Virus record (IMG/VR): IMGVR_UViG_3300028588_000029
Span: 1-54,487 of that record
Reading direction: 5' to 3' (one strand)
Length of the DNA stretch: 54,487 nt
DNA from: a virus
Lineage: Duplodnaviria; Caudoviricetes
Under the pieces are notes generated by a model. That model was not told the DNA's origin, ran no database searches, and saw only the letters and a program-made list of their open reading frames with translations. The translations under genes and the position numbers were made by a program. Positions 45,275 through 51,867 of this stretch are shown here, piece after piece (position 1 is the stretch's first letter; every line of letters begins with the position of its first letter).

Positions 45275-45570
45275 CAGTGCCGCCTCCCCGCGCTGATCTC
45301 GACGGCGATGTCCAAGCAGGCGTCGCACACGGGGTACTGCTTCGGGTTGGCCTTCGGGATCCAGGTGTGACCGCAGACGGCCACGACCTCGGTGCCCGCG
45401 AGCCGGGCCATGTCGATGATGTCCTGCGACGTCGTGGGGTCGTCGGCGCGGGTCACGCCGTTGTCCGCCGGCCGCACCAGGTGCGCGCGGTGGTTGGGGT
45501 CGTCGTTCGTCTCGAACGGCACGAGGGTGAGCTCGATGTCGGCGACGGTGTCGGGCGTGAGGGTGGTCAC
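45274..45570 (-). CDS. DUF3039-like protein
   Basis: AH...GTEVVAVCGHTWIP..NP..YPVCDAC matches the actinobacterial family pattern as I recall it. Confidence 0.75.
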   Translation of the reverse strand: MTTLTPDTVADIELTLVPFETNDDPNHRAHLVRPADNGVTRADDPTTSQDIIDMARLAGTEVVAVCGHTWIPKANPKQYPVCDACLDIAVEISAGRRH

Positions 45571-45989
45571 GGCTGGTCCTTCCGATCGGTGGGGGTGGGG
45601 ATGTGCCAGCCCCAGGCGGGGGAGTCGGCCGGGGTGGCCGACGGCGGGGCGTCGTCATGGAAGCTGGCGCGCAGGGCGTCGAGCTTCGGGGCCGCGATCT
45701 TGTCGGCGTAGATGCCCTGGACGCTGATCGACGTCGGGCCCATCAGCCGGCGCTCGAGGTCGTGGCGGCGCTCGCGCTCGTTCTCGAGCTCGTCGCGGAG
45801 GTGGGCGATCTCGCTCCGCTGCTTCATCAGCAGGTCGGCCGCCCGCACCAGCGTGTCGGAGGGTGCCGTCACCGCCATCGCTGACTTCGCCGCCTTCACC
45901 CGGCGGCGACGCGGGCTCTCGGCGAGGGCGATCGCGGTGAAGGATGTCACCATGCCGCCGAGCAGCAGGAACAACCCCAGCGCGGTCAT
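45567..45989 (-). CDS. Membrane-anchored hypothetical protein
   Basis: N-terminal TM helix, short coiled coil; ATGA overlap with ftsK stop. Confidence 0.65.
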   Translation of the reverse strand: MTALGLFLLLGGMVTSFTAIALAESPRRRRVKAAKSAMAVTAPSDTLVRAADLLMKQRSEIAHLRDELENERERRHDLERRLMGPTSISVQGIYADKIAAPKLDALRASFHDDAPPSATPADSPAWGWHIPTPTDRKDQP

Positions 45990-47425
45990 CGCGCACCGAC
46001 CTTGCGGAACCAGCGACGGCGCGCGCGGGCGGGCATCTGCTGCGCGACCTGGGCGGCCATCGGGTTCACCGGCGCGTCCTCGTAGGTCGGGATACGGCAG
46101 TCGGCGGTGAGGCAGACGCTCGCGCCGGGGTAGGCGCGGTGGTGGTTGCACATGTAGCAGAGGCGATCGGCGGCCGTCATGGGCGTGCCGTCGGGCGCCT
46201 GGCCCACGTAGACCGGCACGACGTCGGCGACGGTGAGCGGGGGGAGCTCGCCCGGCATGGGAGGTAGCGGCTCGACCTCGGGGGCGTGCTCGACGACGCG
46301 CGTGGCGATCGGCTCGGCCTTGCCCATGACGTGGAACGTGTTGATCGTCGGCTCGAGGTCGGCGTCCGGCTCGGCCTCGTCGGGCGTGCCGTAGGTGGCG
46401 GGGTCGACCTCCTTCGGCTTCCAGCTCGCGGCGGCGGCGCGCATGTAGTCGTCGGAGACGTAGCACGAGAGCACGCGCTGGATGTTCGGGTTGCCCGCCT
46501 CGCGGAAGAGGCCATCGCCCTGGCCCAGCAGCTTCTCGGCGCCGGACTCTCCGAGGGCGACCTGGCTCTGCGTGTGAGCCGCGACGGCGAACACGAGGCG
46601 GCTCGGGACGTTGGCCGAGAACAGCGACGTGACGACGTCGGCCTTGGGGTACTGGGTGGCGGCCAGGAGGTGGACTCCGGCGGCGCGACCGAGCTGGGCG
46701 ATGCGGACCATGGGGCCCTCGGCGGCACCCTTGGTCTGCAGCATCAGGTCGGCGATCTCGTCGAGCACCACGACCAGGTAGGGGAACGGCAGGGCGGGGA
46801 GGTCCCCGATCTTGCGCACGCCCATGTGCTGCAGGACGTCGTAGCGGCGTTCCATCTCGGTGACGGCGTAGTCCAGCATCTTGAGCATGTCCGCGACCTC
46901 GGTCGCCACGGGGCCGGCCAGGTGCGGCGCTCCGGCGAAGAGAGCGAGCTCCACGCGCTTGGGGTCGGCCATCAGGAACTGGCATGTCGCGGGGGAGTTG
47001 CGCACCATCAGCTGAGAGACGATCGAGGTGAGGGCGATCGACTTGCCGGAGCCGGTCTGGCCCGCGATCAAGAGGTGGGGGAGCTTGGCCAGGTCGGCGT
47101 AGATGGCCTGGCCGTCAGTCCCGGAGCCGACGTGGAAGGAGAGGGAGGGCAGGGGATCGTCTGCCACCACCGGCGTGACCGTCGGGCGGTCGATGCGAGC
47201 CACGGGGACCTCCACGCCGACGAACGAGGTGCCCGGCACCGGAGCGATGCGCACGGCCTGAGAGGCCGTCGCCATGGCCAGCTCGGCGGAGAGCTTGACG
47301 ACGGCGTCCACCCGCGTGCCGGAGGGGATGGCCAGGTCGTAGCGCGTGACGGCGGAGCCGTGGTGCTCACCGGCGATGCTGGCGATGATGCCGTGGGCGC
47401 GGAGGGTGGAGAGGATGGCAGACAT
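45986..47425 (-). CDS. ftsK: FtsK/SpoIIIE-family DNA translocase motor (alpha-beta domains only)
   Basis: VTRYDL...VGVEVP alpha domain, PHLLIAGQTGSGKS, DPKRVEL, VLDEIADLM, RAAGVHL, GAEKLLGQGD. Confidence 0.93.
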   Translation of the reverse strand: MSAILSTLRAHGIIASIAGEHHGSAVTRYDLAIPSGTRVDAVVKLSAELAMATASQAVRIAPVPGTSFVGVEVPVARIDRPTVTPVVADDPLPSLSFHVGSGTDGQAIYADLAKLPHLLIAGQTGSGKSIALTSIVSQLMVRNSPATCQFLMADPKRVELALFAGAPHLAGPVATEVADMLKMLDYAVTEMERRYDVLQHMGVRKIGDLPALPFPYLVVVLDEIADLMLQTKGAAEGPMVRIAQLGRAAGVHLLAATQYPKADVVTSLFSANVPSRLVFAVAAHTQSQVALGESGAEKLLGQGDGLFREAGNPNIQRVLSCYVSDDYMRAAAASWKPKEVDPATYGTPDEAEPDADLEPTINTFHVMGKAEPIATRVVEHAPEVEPLPPMPGELPPLTVADVVPVYVGQAPDGTPMTAADRLCYMCNHHRAYPGASVCLTADCRIPTYEDAPVNPMAAQVAQQMPARARRRWFRKVGAR

Positions 47426-47452
47426 GCGGGGTGTTCCTTCCGGTCGGGGAGG

Positions 47453-47479
47453 TGTGAGAGATAGCCTCTCACATACTAC
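47453..47479 (-). promoter_or_regulatory. Probable ftsK promoter with overlapping inverted repeat
   Basis: TGTGAGAG-N5-CTCTCACA perfect inverted repeat at 47453-47473 abutting TAGTAT on the - strand. Confidence 0.6.
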
Positions 47480-47488
47480 GGATGGGGT

Positions 47489-47707
47489 CTAGAGGGCGCG
47501 GAGCTGGTGGAAGCGGGCGATGATCGCGGCCCGCTCTTCCGAGCCGTCGTCGTCGTAGCCGGCGAGGTGAATGGCCATGGTGAGGGCGCCGTTCGCGTAT
47601 TCGCTCTCGAGGTCGGGAGTGTCGTCGTCGTCGAACATGTCCGCCAGGATCGAAGCGGCGTTGAGAATGAGAGCGTTCCGGATGGCGTCTAGCGTGGCGT
47701 TGCGCAT
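47489..47707 (-). CDS. Small acidic hypothetical protein
   Basis: GGAGG RBS at end of upstream gene. Confidence 0.65.
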   Translation of the reverse strand: MRNATLDAIRNALILNAASILADMFDDDDTPDLESEYANGALTMAIHLAGYDDDGSEERAAIIARFHQLRAL

Positions 47708-47711
47708 GGTG

Positions 47712-48569
47712 TCAGGCCTCCAGCGTGGCGAGGTAGGTGGAGACGGCCTCGGAGAGGTGATAGCCGGCGTCGTCGGGGGTGAGCTTCTCGGAGGCCTCGA
47801 GGGCGTCGCGCAGAGCGTTGAGGGCGTCGCGCGAGGCGGCGGCGTCGGAGATGGCCAGCTCTTCGGCGGCGGCGTCGGCCTCGCGCTGCTCGCGAACCTC
47901 GTCCCACGCCTCCGAGACGAGGTCGGGCACGACGTGCCAGACCTGAGACTCTTCGGTGCCAGGCCAGTAGTCCCCGACCTCCACGCAGCCGCACGTCGCG
48001 TAGGAGAGCTCGCGGCCGTCGTCGTCGGTGAGCGTCACGGTCACGGTCTGAAACGTCCACTCGTTCTCGCGCCACGCGGCCACGTCGTCGGCGGAGTAGC
48101 AGTCTTCGCCATCCTCGCCGGGGGTGCGGCCGTCGTCGTAGGAGAGGGTCACCACGGCCGTGACGTCGTCGGGGAGCGTGATCCCGCGCGTGACCGGGGA
48201 GCCGTCGGCGTTCGTGACGTTCGTCAGCGGCTTCGACGTCACGCGGTCGAGCGCGTCGGCGTCGATGATGTAGCCGCCCGTGTGCCCGTTGAGGTAGAGC
48301 ACGCTCGCGGCGTCGTGCGCGTCGACTGCGGCGGCGTAGGCGCGCGCCACGGTCTGGCCGGCGCCACGGCTCTCGGAGTAGCGGGCGGTGGCGGCGCGGG
48401 CGGCGGCGTCAACGGTGGCGATGCGGCGCGAGGCGGCGTCGCGAGCGATGCGCTCCGGGTCGAGCGGAGCCATGCGGCCGCCGCGCCACGGCATGGTGGA
48501 GCGTCCGGCGGCGTGAGTAGCGGCGTAGGCCTGGCGACGACGGGCGGCGGTGGAGAGCTTGCGAGCCAT
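47712..48569 (-). CDS. Hypothetical protein, basic N-half and acidic C-half (starts MARKLST)
   Basis: GAAGGA RBS; ATG at 48569. Confidence 0.75.
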   Translation of the reverse strand: MARKLSTAARRRQAYAATHAAGRSTMPWRGGRMAPLDPERIARDAASRRIATVDAAARAATARYSESRGAGQTVARAYAAAVDAHDAASVLYLNGHTGGYIIDADALDRVTSKPLTNVTNADGSPVTRGITLPDDVTAVVTLSYDDGRTPGEDGEDCYSADDVAAWRENEWTFQTVTVTLTDDDGRELSYATCGCVEVGDYWPGTEESQVWHVVPDLVSEAWDEVREQREADAAAEELAISDAAASRDALNALRDALEASEKLTPDDAGYHLSEAVSTYLATLEA

Positions 48570-48609
48570 GGTGTGATCCTTCGGTCGGAGTGAGGCGGCG
48601 CGGGTTGCG

Positions 48610-48678
48610 CCGCCGTCGTGCCCGGGTGAGGTCGTGAGCCTCGCGCCGCCTACGCGGTCCCGGGCGGTAGTGCCTAGG
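48610..48678 (-). repeat. 69-bp structured intergenic repeat, copy 1
   Basis: Identical to 49874-49942; includes the TAG stop of the upstream gene. Confidence 0.92.
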
Positions 48679-49510
48679 AGACGATGCGCTCGACGCGGAC
48701 GTCGGACCACTGGCGCTCCGCCTTCGGGACCTTCCATCCGTCGAACGTCATGCGCGTGTCGTGGGCGTTCCGGAGCGGGACCGTCGCGAGCGTCGTGCGC
48801 TCCGAATCCTTCCGAGAGCGGTAGCGGCGCGCGGTGAGGTTCACCAGGTCGTCGGGCGCGACCACCTCACCGTCGATGAATCGGTGGTCGCGCGCCCCCA
48901 GCTCCACGCCGTTCCACGTCGTCACCGTCACTGCGCCCGGGACCGTGGCGAGAATGAGGCCGCGCCGCGCCTCGCGCTGGTGGCTGGTGGTGGAGGGGGA
49001 GTAGGTGACATCCGGGACGACGGCGCGACCGTCGGCGGCGATCCAGCCGATCGGCGTCTGACGCGAGAACACGACGTAGGTGGGCGCGTCGTCGCGGTAC
49101 TGCGCGACGACCTCCGGAGACATCCAGTGGTGCCAGGGGAGCTCTGCTCCGGCGGTCGCGCGGCCGGAGATGTTTCCGGCGCGGAAGTCGCGGCGATCGG
49201 CGATCGCACGGGCGCAGTCGCGCGTCGCGAACACGGTGCGGCGTCCGAGAGACTTCCGGAGAGCCGCGCGGCCCATGGCGTCGTCGTCGCGAACGATGTT
49301 GACGACGCGGCCGGCGCGGGTGAGAGAGAGAGTCACCAGGTCACCCCGGCGGAAGTTGCTCGCGGCGTAGCCGATCGAGCCGTTCGCCTCGGTCCGGTAG
49401 TCGACGCCGTCGACCTGCACGCGGTAGGTCGGGTTCCCCATGGTGCTGGTGCCGACGTGGACGGCGGAAGTGGAGATGGTGCCGGTGAGGGTGGAGAGCT
49501 TGCGAGCCAT
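48674..49510 (-). CDS. Hypothetical multi-domain protein (starts MARKLST)
   Basis: GAAAGG RBS; YVVFSRQTPIGW...YSPSTTSHQ motif recalled from phage hypothetical proteins. Confidence 0.75.
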   Translation of the reverse strand: MARKLSTLTGTISTSAVHVGTSTMGNPTYRVQVDGVDYRTEANGSIGYAASNFRRGDLVTLSLTRAGRVVNIVRDDDAMGRAALRKSLGRRTVFATRDCARAIADRRDFRAGNISGRATAGAELPWHHWMSPEVVAQYRDDAPTYVVFSRQTPIGWIAADGRAVVPDVTYSPSTTSHQREARRGLILATVPGAVTVTTWNGVELGARDHRFIDGEVVAPDDLVNLTARRYRSRKDSERTTLATVPLRNAHDTRMTFDGWKVPKAERQWSDVRVERIVS

Positions 49511-49556
49511 GGTGGTGGCCTTTCGTGAGGGTGGAGCGGGGAGGGGGGAGTTGCTT

Positions 49557-49581
49557 TGTGAGTGACAGTCTCTCACACTAT
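49557..49581 (-). promoter_or_regulatory. Probable promoter with GTGA-N7-TCAC site
   Basis: TGTGAGTG-N5-CTCTCACA overlapping TAGTGT on the - strand. Confidence 0.5.
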
Positions 49582-49684
49582 CGGCGAGAGCGCCACCGGG
49601 TGACGAGAGCGGGGAGAGCCACGGTGAGGTAGCAGAGCGGGAGGCCAATCGCGGCCCAGAGCAGCGGGGCGGCCCAGAGAGGCA

Positions 49685-49822
49685 CTAGCGCGCCGTCGTC
49701 GTCGTGCGGATAGCGGCCGGCGCGCCCTTGGCCTGGCGCGTGGCGATGCGCTCACGTCGCGCCTTTCCGAGAGCCTTGCGGGCGGCGGCGGACGGGCGGC
49801 GGGTGTGCGAGGTGGTCGACAT
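49685..49822 (-). CDS. 45-aa basic micro-protein
   Basis: MSTTSHTRRPSAAARKALGK...; GGAG RBS. Confidence 0.55.
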   Translation of the reverse strand: MSTTSHTRRPSAAARKALGKARRERIATRQAKGAPAAIRTTTTAR

Positions 49823-49873
49823 GATGTGTCTCCGATTCGTGAGAGCTTTTCGGTGAGAGACAGACCGGATGGT

Positions 49874-49942
49874 CCGCCGTCGTGCCCGGGTGAGGTCGTG
49901 AGCCTCGCGCCGCCTACGCGGTCCCGGGCGGTAGTGCCTAGG
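49874..49942 (-). repeat. 69-bp structured intergenic repeat, copy 2
   Basis: Identical to 48610-48678. Confidence 0.92.
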
Positions 49943-50246
49943 CGTCGTCGTCCGCGTGGGCGAGGCAGTCAGCGGCGATCCAGCCGCGCGCCCGGTAGTC
50001 GGTCGAGCAGAGGCAGGGGACCTCTTCAACGTGGAAGGCGTACGTGCCGCCCATGGGGACCGAACCGGCGGCGTCACGGTTCGTGACGTGCAGCGCCGTG
50101 TGCGCCTCGAGGTACGCGCCGTCGTCGGCGATGTCGTTGATCTCGGATGCGACGTACTCCCACGCCTCGCGCGCCGTGGAGAACGTCAGGACGTCGTCGG
50201 TCGTGTCGGGGAGGCATCCGGCGGAGTTAAGGGTGACGGTGAACAT
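49938..50246 (-). CDS. Hypothetical protein with C-terminal Cys/His motif
   Basis: Starts MFTVTLNSAGCLPD; CLC...CLAH. Confidence 0.7.
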   Translation of the reverse strand: MFTVTLNSAGCLPDTTDDVLTFSTAREAWEYVASEINDIADDGAYLEAHTALHVTNRDAAGSVPMGGTYAFHVEEVPCLCSTDYRARGWIAADCLAHADDDA

Positions 50247-50293
50247 GGTGTGTCTCTCTTTCGTGGGGTGAGGCGGGGTGACGGGGGAGGGGG

Positions 50294-50818
50294 TCAGCGT
50301 GCAGCGTGCTGGATGTACTCGGTCCCGACGGTGGCGCAGTACGTGCACACCCGGACGTCGGTCGGAGCGTGCTTCCACGCCTTACCCATGACGGCGCAGT
50401 CGCGCTCTTCGCACGTACCGTCGGCGTGACCGTCGTAGCAGTCCGCGCAGATGGCAGGCGTAGCGGAGAGGATCTCGTCCAGGACGTCGGCGATCTCTTC
50501 GGTCGTGTGAAACTCGCGGCCGCCGTCGGCGATCCAGTGGGCGCGCTCGGAGACTTCGTCGACCATGGCTGCTCCGACGTCCTGGCGGGCGTGGCTGTTC
50601 TCGCCCGTCATCATGTCCGATCCTGCCTGCACGGTCGCCCAGTCAGCGGTACTCACCAGCGCCGCTACGCCAGTCTCTGCGGACAGCCACACGGTGCGGT
50701 CGCCCACGGTCACGCCGTACTGCCATGCGCCTGCCAGCGTGCTGACCTCTGCCACACCCTGCACGCTGCTCATTGCGACTGCCTGCATGACCTGCTCGTA
50801 CGTGTACAACTCGCCCAT
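50294..50818 (-). CDS. Hypothetical protein with Cys-rich C-terminus
   Basis: AGGAG RBS; CADC, C..RDC, CTYC. Confidence 0.7.
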   Translation of the reverse strand: MGELYTYEQVMQAVAMSSVQGVAEVSTLAGAWQYGVTVGDRTVWLSAETGVAALVSTADWATVQAGSDMMTGENSHARQDVGAAMVDEVSERAHWIADGGREFHTTEEIADVLDEILSATPAICADCYDGHADGTCEERDCAVMGKAWKHAPTDVRVCTYCATVGTEYIQHAAR

Positions 50819-50819
50819 G

Positions 50820-51585
50820 TGCTCGTCTCCTACGCTCTTGCGTCCCGGTCTGCCCTGGTGGCGTTCCCTGCTGACGTGACTAACTCTCACACACATCAGC
50901 GCTGCATGTGACCAACTCTCACACATTGGTGCCGCGATCGTTGCTATTGCAACGCAAACTCGCATCGCTCACCCCGCAGCTTTTGCGCCGGCACCATCGC
51001 TATCTGACACATCGACGCGTTCGTGTCGCCAAAGCTGGCTCGTGACCGGCTCTCACGTCGACCCCCTCCCCCCCGGGCGTCGCGAGGGACCGGGGCGCAT
51101 AGGGCGTTAAATCGCTCCCGGGTATACATACGCGATAGGTTGTCACACTGTTTGTGAGAGGTAGTCACCTCTTTGCTGACAGATCCGCCCTCGCTGTCAG
51201 CAAAAGCATGGCTGAGTGACAGGGCGCTGTCAGGGGTGTCATCGGACTATTCGTTGCTATAGCAACGGAATGTCGGGATGACGTGACAGGGGGGTGGGTC
51301 CAGCCCTTCCCTATAGAAAAGGGGGAGCTACATAGAGTGATAGGTACTCACATATATAACTGTGATAGATACTCACATATACAGTAACTACTCCTTCTAT
51401 ACCTATGAGATCTAGTGTCATAGGTGTCACTGGAGTCACTAAGGGCTAGATTGCAACGAAAAGTCGATGACACCCCGATGACACCCTTGACACCCGGCAC
51501 CTCGACCACTGGCTGGCCGGCCCGAAGCCGTGGTAGCGTCGTCAACCCAGGCGCCAGAAGAGCACCCCGACCGACAGGAGCACCC
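50820..51585. other. Long non-coding divergent region: candidate genome end and replication origin
   Basis: No credible CDS; palindromes, repeated motifs and an AT-rich tract at about 51310-51425. Confidence 0.6.
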
Positions 51586-51867
51586 ATGTTCGTCCCCATC
51601 GCCACCTCCGCAGCGCCCCCCGGCTGGGCGGCCGAGGTCGAGACGCACAAGCGCTGGGAGGAGGGCCTCAGCGTCCAGCACATCCGCCTGCCCGTGGTCG
51701 TCTACCTCACGATGCGCGACTTCGCCGACGTCAAGGGCGGCAACATCGTCGTGCCGGGCGTGATCGTCGAGTCCTGCCCGCAGATCATCGCCCTCGACGA
51801 CCTCGACATGCTCGCCGAGGAGCTCGAGGTCGACACGGTCCACTTCCGCAAGATGGTCGCCGAGTGA
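51586..51867 (+). CDS. Hypothetical protein
   Basis: AGGAG RBS; extended -10-like TGGTAGCGT at 51531-51539. Confidence 0.7.
   Translation: MFVPIATSAAPPGWAAEVETHKRWEEGLSVQHIRLPVVVYLTMRDFADVKGGNIVVPGVIVESCPQIIALDDLDMLAEELEVDTVHFRKMVAE

Noticed and set aside
47141-47156. GGGNAGGG-like KOPS words near ftsK
   Set aside because: Expected by chance in G-rich DNA; no polarised array visible by eye and the protein lacks a gamma domain
48610-49942. 69-bp repeats as a CRISPR mini-array or as tRNA genes
   Set aside because: Repeats are too long and separated by about 1.2 kb of genes; no anticodon arm, canonical T-loop or CCA
50907-50923. TGTGA...TCACA as a canonical CRP/GlxR site
   Set aside because: Spacer is 7 bp in every copy, not 6; kept as a distinct motif instead
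51424-51585. Upstream extension of ORF 51424-51867 and short ORFs across 50944-51683
   Set aside because: They run through repeat-rich, atypical DNA; the good RBS supports ATG 51586
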